Shown here in pieces: positions 16,569 through 25,435 of a stretch of 64,000 bases of DNA (position 1 is the first letter of the stretch; the number at the start of each line of letters is the position of its first letter). Below the pieces are notes generated by a model. That model saw nothing but the letters and a program-made list of their open reading frames with translations, was not told the origin of the DNA and did no database searches. Made by a program: the position numbers and the translations under genes. The DNA is from a virus, in IMG/VR virus record IMGVR_UViG_3300025030_000039, positions 60,878-124,877 of that record; one strand, given 5' to 3'.

Positions 16569-17440
16569 TCCATAAACTCAAAGGGTATTTTGTCGCTTAC
16601 AAATCCTGCTGCACCTTTATGACCTCCACCTCCATACTTTCCAGCAATGTTTGAACAGTCTATACCATCTTTATAACTATATATTGAGAAACCCCAATTT
16701 TTACTATCTGTTCTATAGAATGATATAAGTGCATCGTAGCCATCTTCAATATAATTAATTCCAAATACGCTAGGGTTATAATGTCTTTCGTTTATAACAC
16801 ATATTTTTAAGTCACCAATTTTTGTTTCTAATCTAGATTCATATTTTAATTTAGCATCAGTTTTTAGATAATTTAAAATAATTTTACCTTCAGCTATCCA
16901 ATTTGTTATTGTATATGGACCAAAATCTAAATATTCATCTTTAAAAGTATCTAATGAATTAATTTTTGATCTAGAAGCATATTGAAATGCTTCTATTTCT
17001 TCAACATTCTTTTCCTTTTTATGTCTAAATGAATCGTATTTACCTAAATAGGTTACTAATTTAGGATGAACTCCTCCAAAAAAATATTCCCAGGTTAATT
17101 CGCAAGCAGCAAAATTAGTACTTCGTATTCCATTTAGTTTATCATATGGATAAATATATTCTTTTGATTTCTTAATACTTGATAAATGATGATCTAACCA
17201 AATAATTTCTTTTCCTTTAATTTCATATTCTCTTAATTTATACATATCTTTTTCAGGAAAAGAAATATCACACATTATAATAGTATCATAATTATTAAAA
17301 TTTGGTACAGGTAAATTATAATCCCAACCTTCTAATATTATTTTAGTATTTTTAATAGTTTCATAAAATCTTCGAACTATAGCTCCACTACACCATCCAT
17401 CTAAATCACGATTATGATAATAACATATTACATTTTTCAT
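16565..17440 (-). CDS. DHH-DHHA1 family phosphoesterase, NrnA/nanoRNase-like and of that size.
   Basis: HNRDLDGWCSGA (motif I/II), IWLDHHLSSI (DHH motif) and KYGGGGHKGAAGF (DHHA1 GGGH motif). Confidence 0.8.
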   Translation of the reverse strand: MKNVICYYHNRDLDGWCSGAIVRRFYETIKNTKIILEGWDYNLPVPNFNNYDTIIMCDISFPEKDMYKLREYEIKGKEIIWLDHHLSSIKKSKEYIYPYDKLNGIRSTNFAACELTWEYFFGGVHPKLVTYLGKYDSFRHKKEKNVEEIEAFQYASRSKINSLDTFKDEYLDFGPYTITNWIAEGKIILNYLKTDAKLKYESRLETKIGDLKICVINERHYNPSVFGINYIEDGYDALISFYRTDSKNWGFSIYSYKDGIDCSNIAGKYGGGGHKGAAGFVSDKIPFEFME

Positions 17441-17442
17441 TT

Positions 17443-17910
17443 TTATCTATTTAATTCATCTGATAATTCCATTCTTCTTTTTATCGCAAATCCTAAATTA
17501 TCAAGAGTCTTAACAACTTCTTGATAATATTCAATATGTGATTCAATAATTTTTTGTTGTCTTCTTAATAAAGTTATATCGGCAGCAACAAATTTACTTG
17601 TTTCTCCGCCATTAAGTTTAAGATCATATTCACTATCTGATCTTCTATAATATCTATATTGTTGTTTAAAGTAAAAATCATATCTACTTTGGACTTTATA
17701 TAAACTTAATTTAAGTTCAGCCATTTTATCTGTTAATTGATGCCTATAAGATAACATAAAAATTTGAGCTTCTGCCACCTTATTGATATCTTTAATAGAT
17801 TCAATTAACGAAATAATTTTTTGATTCCAGCTTGCTCTACTTTTATTTACTCTATCTTCTAATTGAGTATTAGCATCTTCTAACTCAGTTTTATTAATTA
17901 TATTTGACAT
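17443..17910 (-). CDS. Hypothetical protein.
   Basis: ORF. Confidence 0.4.
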   Translation of the reverse strand: MSNIINKTELEDANTQLEDRVNKSRASWNQKIISLIESIKDINKVAEAQIFMLSYRHQLTDKMAELKLSLYKVQSRYDFYFKQQYRYYRRSDSEYDLKLNGGETSKFVAADITLLRRQQKIIESHIEYYQEVVKTLDNLGFAIKRRMELSDELNR

Positions 17911-18105
17911 TTAAAATAAACCTTTCTTATTATTTATTTTTTTATTTACTATTTTTAGTTTAATTTGTTTTCTTTTAACTGGTTCTCCTAAAAATATTTC
18001 TTTTGTATCATAATCTATATTAACATTTTCAAAATAATCTATAAATAATTTAAATCTTTTATCTCTTAAATCTTTTTCTTTAAAAAATTCTTCAATTTCA
18101 CTCAT
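17911..18105 (-). CDS. Hypothetical small protein.
   Basis: ORF. Confidence 0.3.
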   Translation of the reverse strand: MSEIEEFFKEKDLRDKRFKLFIDYFENVNIDYDTKEIFLGEPVKRKQIKLKIVNKKINNKKGLF

Positions 18106-18113
18106 ATTAATTT

Positions 18114-19832
18114 TTATTTATATTCGATATCATCAAATAAAATAGGTATACGTTTCTTGAATTCATCTAAAAGTGGACGCATTAATTCTCTCATTTGAGG
18201 ATGGGCTGCATTTGCAACTCTTAGTTTAAAAATATGTCTCCAATCTCTAATATTAGTTGACATATTTATTTCAGTCTTTAATGAATTTGGTAATACTGAT
18301 CTTGCTTGTTGTGGAGACCATTTGTAATCATTCATTAATTTATTATAATATTGTTCAGATTTTAACATTGATGTTAACCATTGTACATTTACCGAAGGAT
18401 AATCAAAATCTTTTGCTAAAGCATTAACATCAAATTCTGTATAAATATGTTCTTTAATATCTAACCATTCTGGTATAATAAAAGTAATATTATCATCTTT
18501 ACTATAATTACAATAACGGGTACTATTATGAACTATAAATCCATTAGCAATATAATTAGAATATGGTTCTTTCATTTCTATATCATAAGTATCTTCTACA
18601 CCAATATATGTAATACTTATAATTTCATCTATTATTCCTTTAACACCTATATGCCAACCGTGATGTAATAAATTATGACAACTACAGCATACTTTTGTAA
18701 GATTTATATCTTCATTATTGTTTAGATCTTTATCTTTATGATGAACTTCTAATTTAATATTACTTCCACATAATTCACATGAAAATATATTTTCTTTCTT
18801 AAATCTTGCTTCATCTCTACCTCTCAGTCCGCCACTCCAATTAGAATTATCTTCTCCAAATCCATTGTTATGATGGTTAAGCCTTAACGAATTTGCTTGC
18901 CTTTTAACTGATACATTATTATCCTCGGTTAATCCTTTATTCCAGACAACTCTCCCATCATTGTACTGTTTTTGTATTGTATTTTTAATTTTAATATATG
19001 AATCAGCAGTATGATTTTTATTGTACTTATCTTTATCTTTATCATTTTTTCGTTTAACAAAAATATTAAGTGTTTGAAGTTTAGTAAGAATTGTTCTATA
19101 TGGAATAGAAAATTCTTCACTAATTTCCGTAGGAGATAACCCAACTATATTATATAATCTAATTAATTCATTATCAGATAACGTGCATAAATTAGGTCTG
19201 CCATTAACTATAACCTTACTACCAATACTTAAATTTCGTAATTCTTCATATTTGTGAGTACTTGTCAAAAATCTATGAGTATTAGTACACTTTATTTTAT
19301 ACCCCAATTTAGTAACAACTTCAAATATTACATTATTACCCTTAAAGAATATAGCATTAAAATGATTAGATACTATTTCATTATTTTCATTTATACTTCG
19401 TAAAGTTAATGTCTTATTATGAGTTCTGTCATAATTTGTACCATGTTCTTGTCTTTCATATAATTCTTTGATAGTAATATTTTTATTAGAGGTTGACTTA
19501 ATAATAGTATCACCTGTTACACATTCTTGGGCAAAACTAGCTATTCTGTGTCTAACTAATTCATGACTAACTCCTCTATCACATGTAAATTTAACAGTAA
19601 TATTACCACCGAATTCTAACATTGCTTCGTGACCCATTTTAATAAGTTTAGCAATAAGTACTCTTGCTGATATAGCATCTAAATCATATAATTCACCATT
19701 AGGTGTTCTATGACCTATTTCTATTTTACCTTCGCTTTTATAACAAGTTCTAGCCGCTATTTCAATTTCTTTTAAAATACTTTCTCCATCAATAGGAGTT
19801 AATATTTCATATTTTGATTTGATTAAATTCAT
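18114..19832 (-). CDS. thyX: FAD-dependent thymidylate synthase ThyX, interrupted in-frame by a 333 aa intein that contains an HNH endonuclease motif.
   Basis: Joining the exteins gives RHRIASFAQE|STRY, the ThyX RHRxxSxxxxSxRY signature. The intein begins CVTGDTII and ends GFIVHN followed by Ser. Inside it are VHHKDKD...CCSCHNLLHH (HNH) and a helix-turn-helix-like segment. Confidence 0.85.
   Translation of the reverse strand: MNLIKSKYEILTPIDGESILKEIEIAARTCYKSEGKIEIGHRTPNGELYDLDAISARVLIAKLIKMGHEAMLEFGGNITVKFTCDRGVSHELVRHRIASFAQECVTGDTIIKSTSNKNITIKELYERQEHGTNYDRTHNKTLTLRSINENNEIVSNHFNAIFFKGNNVIFEVVTKLGYKIKCTNTHRFLTSTHKYEELRNLSIGSKVIVNGRPNLCTLSDNELIRLYNIVGLSPTEISEEFSIPYRTILTKLQTLNIFVKRKNDKDKDKYNKNHTADSYIKIKNTIQKQYNDGRVVWNKGLTEDNNVSVKRQANSLRLNHHNNGFGEDNSNWSGGLRGRDEARFKKENIFSCELCGSNIKLEVHHKDKDLNNNEDINLTKVCCSCHNLLHHGWHIGVKGIIDEIISITYIGVEDTYDIEMKEPYSNYIANGFIVHNSTRYCNYSKDDNITFIIPEWLDIKEHIYTEFDVNALAKDFDYPSVNVQWLTSMLKSEQYYNKLMNDYKWSPQQARSVLPNSLKTEINMSTNIRDWRHIFKLRVANAAHPQMRELMRPLLDEFKKRIPILFDDIEYK
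18525..19523 (-). mobile_element. Intein (Hint domain plus HNH homing endonuclease) inserted in thyX.
   Basis: The Cys codon at 19521..19523 starts the intein and the His-Asn codons at 18525..18530 end it, followed by the +1 Ser extein residue. Confidence 0.8.
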
Positions 19833-19847
19833 TTTAATTATTTTAAA

Positions 19848-20942
19848 TTACATAAAAACTATGTCTAAAGGATTATCACTAAAATAATCATTTAAATTTT
19901 TTAATATTGGTTTCTTTTCAAAATAAGCTATTTTTATAAGATCATTTAAATCTTTAATTTTCCTATTAATTAGAAAATTATCTCTTAAATACTTATCCCA
20001 TAAAAATACTCTTTTATTTTTTTTAATTTTTTGTATCATTTTTTCTTTGCCTGCTTTATCATTATCGAAAAAATATTTTACAGTAGGTAATTCATCAAAA
20101 TCAAAAGGTTCCTTTCCAACTCCTGTTAATGAAAGAGAATTTGAAAGGAACATTGAATCAATAGGTCCTTCAAACATAGTAAAATCTTTTGTTAAATCTA
20201 TGCTAAGTATACCGAATATTAAAGATAATTTATCTAATCTATCTCTATCTTTAGCGATTAATTCTAAGCCCATTAAATCTCTTAATTTAGATATATCATA
20301 ACTTAAATATTTACTTCTAGTCGTTTTAGTTGAATCTAAATTTCTTGTTTGAAACCCAAGTATTTTATTACCATTATGATTAAGATTAAATATTGCTAAT
20401 AATTTTTTAGTTGGATTATAAGCAAAATTATTTAATTTATGATGTAATAATCTACTTTTTAAATAAGGATAAGCTCTGTATGTTTTTTCATTAATAGGAT
20501 AGTAATCGAATTTTGTAAAAAAATCCTCTTTACTAATAGCCAAATCATTTATATTTTTAAACATTTCTATATCTAATGAATCAACTGCTGCTATTTCAGA
20601 TTGATTTTCTTTAATATATTTAAGTACAGTAAAATGATTACTATCTGTAAAGTATCTATTAAAATCTGATAAAAATTTAACTAAGCTTTTATGTTTATTA
20701 CAGTTATAACAATGAAAATATAATGTATCCCACCAAATATTGCCCCGTTTTTTTGTAGCATCTGCATACGAATCTCCGCAATACGGACATGCAAATTGTA
20801 GTCTATCCTCGTGTGTATTTATGTTTCTCTTTTCAGAAGAGCGATGCTCTGTATTGAGCACCGCTTGTACTTCTGATTCAATAAGAGTTTTGAGTTGAGG
20901 AGTTATGACTATTTTTTCCACTGACTCAAATAATGATGTCAT
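19848..20942 (-). CDS. DnaG-type DNA primase (T4 gp61-like) with a zinc ribbon and a TOPRIM domain.
   Basis: CPYCGDS...HCYNC zinc ribbon; TOPRIM motifs MFEGPIDSM (ExxD) and DNDKAGKE (DxDxxG). Confidence 0.8.
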   Translation of the reverse strand: MTSLFESVEKIVITPQLKTLIESEVQAVLNTEHRSSEKRNINTHEDRLQFACPYCGDSYADATKKRGNIWWDTLYFHCYNCNKHKSLVKFLSDFNRYFTDSNHFTVLKYIKENQSEIAAVDSLDIEMFKNINDLAISKEDFFTKFDYYPINEKTYRAYPYLKSRLLHHKLNNFAYNPTKKLLAIFNLNHNGNKILGFQTRNLDSTKTTRSKYLSYDISKLRDLMGLELIAKDRDRLDKLSLIFGILSIDLTKDFTMFEGPIDSMFLSNSLSLTGVGKEPFDFDELPTVKYFFDNDKAGKEKMIQKIKKNKRVFLWDKYLRDNFLINRKIKDLNDLIKIAYFEKKPILKNLNDYFSDNPLDIVFM

Positions 20943-20943
20943 C

Positions 20944-21852
20944 TTATAAATCTAAATCTGCTAAGAATTCATTCATATCATTTTTTTCGCTATCTTCACT
21001 ACCAGCATCTTCGTCATTATTAATTGACATATGAATATTATCTAATTCAGTATCAACATTAATGTCTTCTTTTTCTGTTTTAATAGTATTAATAGCTCTA
21101 CCTGGTGAACCGTAAGATGCTAATATATCTGCTACTTTTTTAGTAGTTGCATCATCCCATGGTTTAAAATCAAAATCTTCGATTTTAGGAGCATCTGCTA
21201 ATAAATCCATTATTAGTTTTCTACCACTTTCAGTATTTTCAACATTTTCTCCATTAATTTGTATTGGAGATTTTTTACCTTGAAATTTACAGGAATCATA
21301 ATTATTAAAACCAAAAGCTTTAGTAATTGTTAATTCAAAATTTTTACCTTCAAATAAATCAAATACTTGTGTAGGTTCTTCGAATTGAGGAGTTAATTCT
21401 TCATCAATTTTAAGTTTTAATTTTTGTCCGTATTTAAAAATTTTAACTTTTCCATCTAATTCAGGATTATGTGGGTCTTTAATTATCTGAACAAGAGAAT
21501 AATAAACTTCTCTTCTTTTTAAATCATCAGACATTTTTTTATCTACTGCAGAAGTACTATTTCTTAGTTTAAAGAATTTATCTTGAACTGGATCTTTATC
21601 ACCAATAGTATGAGGTGCATCATAAAGACCAAAGTTACCAGCAGAATCTTTTAACCAGTAAACAAATTTTCTAATAATAGATTTTCTTGGATTTCTAGGA
21701 TTAGGTAAGAATCTAATTAATGATCTATAAACTGAATCTTTACCTTCGTCAGCTGTAGGTTTGTACAGTACTGTTTCTTTTTTTCCTTCGTTGTAAGAAT
21801 CGATATCTTTAATGCCTAGATCAAAGATACTCATTGGATTGTCATTTGCCAT
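20944..21852 (-). CDS. gp32-like single-stranded DNA binding protein (tentative).
   Basis: 302 aa; IRFLP resembles the T4 gp32 VIRFLPSK segment; strongly acidic C-terminal tail DEDAGSEDSEKNDMNEFLADLDL; sits in a replication-gene neighbourhood. Confidence 0.5.
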   Translation of the reverse strand: MANDNPMSIFDLGIKDIDSYNEGKKETVLYKPTADEGKDSVYRSLIRFLPNPRNPRKSIIRKFVYWLKDSAGNFGLYDAPHTIGDKDPVQDKFFKLRNSTSAVDKKMSDDLKRREVYYSLVQIIKDPHNPELDGKVKIFKYGQKLKLKIDEELTPQFEEPTQVFDLFEGKNFELTITKAFGFNNYDSCKFQGKKSPIQINGENVENTESGRKLIMDLLADAPKIEDFDFKPWDDATTKKVADILASYGSPGRAINTIKTEKEDINVDTELDNIHMSINNDEDAGSEDSEKNDMNEFLADLDL

Positions 21853-22048
21853 TTGTTGCCTTTTTTATTTTTAATTGTTAAACACTTGACAAATCAAGAA
21901 AAATTTCGATGTTTCCAACAATTAAACCATTTAATGCCTCTAGAAAGCTGGTTAATTTTCCTTAATTTGCCTTTTTATTTTCGTTAAATATACATTAATA
22001 TACAAAAATTAACATATGTAATAGTATATTTATAAGATATCAATCATT

Positions 22049-22072
22049 AATGGTTATACTATTAACCATTAT
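22049..22072. repeat. Inverted repeat taatggtta / taaccatta with a 6 nt spacer in the 386 nt intergenic leader upstream of the gp32-like gene.
   Basis: Read from the sequence at 22049..22057 and 22064..22072. Confidence 0.4.
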
Positions 22073-22238
22073 CAACTATCTTTAAAGAATTGTTGACTAC
22101 TTTTCTTATTACTTTAATATAAAGTTAAGAATAATTTCTATATTAATCTTTGTATATTTTATATATTTAATTATATTTTAAATTATATACCAAACCATGT
22201 GGTTGTTACATAATTTTAAATTTATTTTTAAAATATTT

Positions 22239-22583
22239 TTAAACCTTTTCACTTACATTAATATCCATATCATTAGGTATAATTAACATAACATCTGAAG
22301 GTCTCATACTTATTAATTCTTGCTCACTAAATCCTTTTAAATGGACTTTTATTCCTGAAAAAGGTTGAAATAATATTCTATCTCCTATATTTAGATCAGG
22401 ATCTTCTTCTTTAGCTTTATTTCCAATATGAACTATTATACCAGTATGCTTAAGTTCATTTTGTAATAAAACAATTCCTGATGCTGTTTCCATTTCAGAT
22501 TCTTCTCTAATTACTAAAAGTCTTGATGAAATAGCTTTCACTCCTTTTAATAATTCCAATTTTTTATTCATTTTATTATCCAT
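22239..22583 (-). CDS. GroES-like co-chaperonin (T4 gp31-like).
   Basis: Mobile-loop-like ETASGIVL; GDRILFQPFSGIKVHLKG...LISMRPSDVMLII resembles GroES KVGDKVLFGKYAG..I....YLIMREDDILAVI. Size is 114 aa. Confidence 0.65.
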   Translation of the reverse strand: MDNKMNKKLELLKGVKAISSRLLVIREESEMETASGIVLLQNELKHTGIIVHIGNKAKEEDPDLNIGDRILFQPFSGIKVHLKGFSEQELISMRPSDVMLIIPNDMDINVSEKV

Positions 22584-22827
22584 ATGTAAAATTTTTAAAT
22601 TATATGCTACAAAAACAAATAGTTTTAATTTTTAAAATTTATTTTTATTTTTAATTTTTTATCTGAATCTCGAAACTTTATAGTAAAAACCCAATATAAA
22701 ATTTACAGTTAAAGGGCCGGTGAAATGTAATATTAAAAGGAGCTATTATAGTATTTAAACGGCCTCTGACGGTAATCCTAGATGCATTTATTTATTATTA
22801 ATATAGTATCTATAATTAAATAATACG

Positions 22828-23505
22828 CTATTTCCTAATATCATACAAATATTTACAAATGAAATATGCATCAACTAAGTCATCAATTGGTTTAACAATA
22901 TCCTTTTTAGCATTTACACATTTATTATCATTATTAGTTAGCCATTTCCAAAATAGAGATTGTCCTAATATTATATCTTTTAATACGTTTTTCTTAAAAT
23001 ATTCATACATCATTAATTTATTTGCATTACCCTTCCCAGCGTGCATTTTTATAGCAGAAGGACTAAATACACTAATATTATTCCCAAAATTATCATATAA
23101 CTTACTTCTTAAAAATGAGTTAAAAATAATTAAATCGATAAACGCATTTCCCTTCGATCCGTAGGAAAAACCCTCAATAGCAATATTTATATTTTTTGAA
23201 TTATTAACCTTTTTGGTTAGTATATTTATAATATCATTAGCTAGATTAGTCGCATCCTGTATTTTTTGAAATTGATCAATCGCATAATCATCATTTTTAC
23301 GTCTTCTATCATATAGATAAATATCAGCATATTTATTATCTAATAATTCTTTATGAATTTCTAGAGCCTTTGGTATTTTCTTTTTAATTAGTGAATCCTT
23401 TTCATAATTTGAAAAGGATATAAATTCATATTCAGTACTATTAAAAATACAAAGTGAAGGAGAGTTTAAAGAAAAATCTATTCCTACATAATAGGTAATA
23501 TCCAT
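22828..23505 (-). CDS. RuvC/RNase H-fold nuclease, Holliday junction resolvase-like.
   Basis: YYVGIDFSLNSP (N-terminal catalytic Asp motif), NIAIEGFSYGS (catalytic Glu) and IDDLVDAYFICKY (D..DA motif). Confidence 0.5.
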   Translation of the reverse strand: MDITYYVGIDFSLNSPSLCIFNSTEYEFISFSNYEKDSLIKKKIPKALEIHKELLDNKYADIYLYDRRRKNDDYAIDQFQKIQDATNLANDIINILTKKVNNSKNINIAIEGFSYGSKGNAFIDLIIFNSFLRSKLYDNFGNNISVFSPSAIKMHAGKGNANKLMMYEYFKKNVLKDIILGQSLFWKWLTNNDNKCVNAKKDIVKPIDDLVDAYFICKYLYDIRK

Positions 23506-23528
23506 TGTTAAATTGTTTAAGAAATAAA

Positions 23529-23555
23529 AGCCCTATTAATTTAGGGCTTTTATTT
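23529..23555 (-). terminator. Rho-independent terminator-like hairpin (aaagccct / agggcttt stem) flanked by T-runs on both strands.
   Basis: aaaagccctattaatttagggcttttatttt located between a gene end at 23578 and a gene start at 23505. Confidence 0.55.
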
Positions 23556-23577
23556 TATGATTTATAAATTTTAGTAA

Positions 23578-24429
23578 TTATTTTACTATATCAATAATTT
23601 GTTGAGCTTTAATTTCAATTGAAGCTTTAACTTCGGTTGGAAGTTTTGCCATAACATCTGCATCTATTTTAGATAAAGATTCAATTATAAATTGTTTATC
23701 TTTAATTTGTAAATGTTTAACATTATCAATATATTTTTTAATATCTTTTTGTTCTTCTACTGATTCTGTTATTGCTAAAGATTCTTTTGCTTCATTTGCT
23801 TTTTTCTTTTTTCTAGCTAATGCTGCTACACCTAAACCTGCACCTGCAACAACTCCTGTACCTATAGCAACTTTTTTGCCAACTGGAGTCATAGCAATCT
23901 TTCCTCCTTTTCTATAAGCAAAAAGTTTTTTACCACCTTTACCACCTATAGTTTTAGTTAAAACTTTTTTAGATCCATGAGCTACTTTTTTAGCAATTGT
24001 TCCAATTCCTTCTTCTAATTTATTTAATTCTTCTTCAGCTAATGGAGTAATTCCTTCTTCATCTGATAAATGATAATATTCAATATCTTCATTTTCTTCG
24101 ATTGCTTCTAATTCAGCTTTTTCTTCTTCAGTTAATGATTCAAATTCTTCATCAGTTAAACCAAAGTATACGTTTTCAGATGTAATATCATCTTGATTTT
24201 CATTTTCATTTTCATCTAATTGTTCTAATTCATTTAATTTAGATTCAAATAAATCTTGATCTAATATAAAATCTTCTTCGATTTTAGTATCATACCATTC
24301 ATTTAAAAAGCTTTGTGCATCTTCATCTGAATTTAACCATTCATATGCTAATAAAGAAGAAACTTCTTCTTGTGTAAATTCTCTATTTACAACGTTAAAA
24401 TAATCTGTAAAATTTAATACATTTTCCAT
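23578..24429 (-). CDS. Acidic protein with a C-terminal Gly/Ala-rich hydrophobic anchor followed by KKKK. Paralogous to 61819..62346.
   Basis: AIGTGVVAGAGLGVAALARKKKKANE compared with GVGAAVVGGTAAIAALAKKRKKEA in the other ORF. Confidence 0.4.
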   Translation of the reverse strand: MENVLNFTDYFNVVNREFTQEEVSSLLAYEWLNSDEDAQSFLNEWYDTKIEEDFILDQDLFESKLNELEQLDENENENQDDITSENVYFGLTDEEFESLTEEEKAELEAIEENEDIEYYHLSDEEGITPLAEEELNKLEEGIGTIAKKVAHGSKKVLTKTIGGKGGKKLFAYRKGGKIAMTPVGKKVAIGTGVVAGAGLGVAALARKKKKANEAKESLAITESVEEQKDIKKYIDNVKHLQIKDKQFIIESLSKIDADVMAKLPTEVKASIEIKAQQIIDIVK

Positions 24430-24469
24430 AATTTAATATTTTGTTTTAATTTATTTTATATATTTGGAA

Positions 24470-24847
24470 TTATTTGGCTTTTTTACTACTACCACTTCCT
24501 ATAGCAGCACCTATAGCTGTACCAACTAATCTGCTAGTTAAAAGGTCAAAAAATACTCCTTTTTCAATTCCTAATATTTTAGCAATTAGTTTTCCAACTG
24601 ATTTACCTAATGCAAATCCAACTAAACCCCCAAATATTGCTCCTAAAAATCCTTCATTAATTTCATCAAAATTAATTTCCTCTAATTTTTTTCCTTCAAA
24701 TTGTTTGACATACAAATTAATTGCTTCATCAATTTTATTTTCTAACTCTTCTGTTAGCACTATATCTTCATTAATATTTTCATTAACGAATGAATTAAAT
24801 GTTTTAAATTCATTATCATTATTTTTATATTCTATAAAAGTTTCCAT
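24470..24847 (-). CDS. Small glycine-zipper membrane protein.
   Basis: GFLGAIFGGLVGFALG...LVGTAIGAAIGSG. Confidence 0.4.
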   Translation of the reverse strand: METFIEYKNNDNEFKTFNSFVNENINEDIVLTEELENKIDEAINLYVKQFEGKKLEEINFDEINEGFLGAIFGGLVGFALGKSVGKLIAKILGIEKGVFFDLLTSRLVGTAIGAAIGSGSSKKAK

Positions 24848-24877
24848 TATTAAATTCTATTTATGTTATATATTTTT

Positions 24878-25432
24878 TTAATCTAATTCTACTTTAGTAA
24901 TTAATTCATCATATCCAAATGTACAATCAAATGTTGTAAAGTCTTGTGAGTTATTTGAAAAAGACATTTCTAAAGAACCTATTTCTTTAAATAACAGTTT
25001 TCTGAACTCTGAAGTAACAATAATATTACCTTCTGAATCTAATATTCTCAAACTTGTACCTTCAGGTATAAAAGGTTTAGGTTGTGGAAATTGATACCAA
25101 AAAGCTAAAGTATCCAATAATATCCAATAATTAATATTACCATCTAATAATTGTAATGTTATAGTAAGTTCTTTAGACATTAATTCTTGTTCTGGAACAG
25201 ATGCCCTATATTGACGGGTTCTTCCGTGCTTTCCAACTTGTGTTGCAGGATCATAAGAAACTGCGGGTAAATTTACTGACTGAACTGAATAATTTATAAA
25301 ATCAATCGGTCTAGTTATCATATTACCTGGAATTCTATTTAAATATTTACTATATCTATCCTTTATTTCATCAGGTATAAATGCTATAGGAAAGTTAAAT
25401 AAAAATAAATTATTTCTGCTATTTAATATCAT
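24878..25432 (-). CDS. Hypothetical protein, probably virion or structural.
   Basis: ORF within the late module. Confidence 0.35.
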   Translation of the reverse strand: MILNSRNNLFLFNFPIAFIPDEIKDRYSKYLNRIPGNMITRPIDFINYSVQSVNLPAVSYDPATQVGKHGRTRQYRASVPEQELMSKELTITLQLLDGNINYWILLDTLAFWYQFPQPKPFIPEGTSLRILDSEGNIIVTSEFRKLLFKEIGSLEMSFSNNSQDFTTFDCTFGYDELITKVELD

Positions 25433-25435
25433 ATT

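Noticed and set aside
22092-22125. Plus-strand sigma70-like TTGACT-N17-TAATAT in the gp32 upstream region.
   Set aside because: It would drive transcription antisense to the GroES-like gene and there is no plus-strand ORF downstream. It is probably a chance match in AT-rich DNA.
22700-22790. GC-rich island (gggccggtg ... cggcctctgacggtaatcc) in the intergenic region, considered as a tRNA or small RNA gene.
   Set aside because: I could not fold a cloverleaf with acceptor, D, anticodon and T arms on either strand. It more likely contains promoter and leader sequence for the GroES-like gene.
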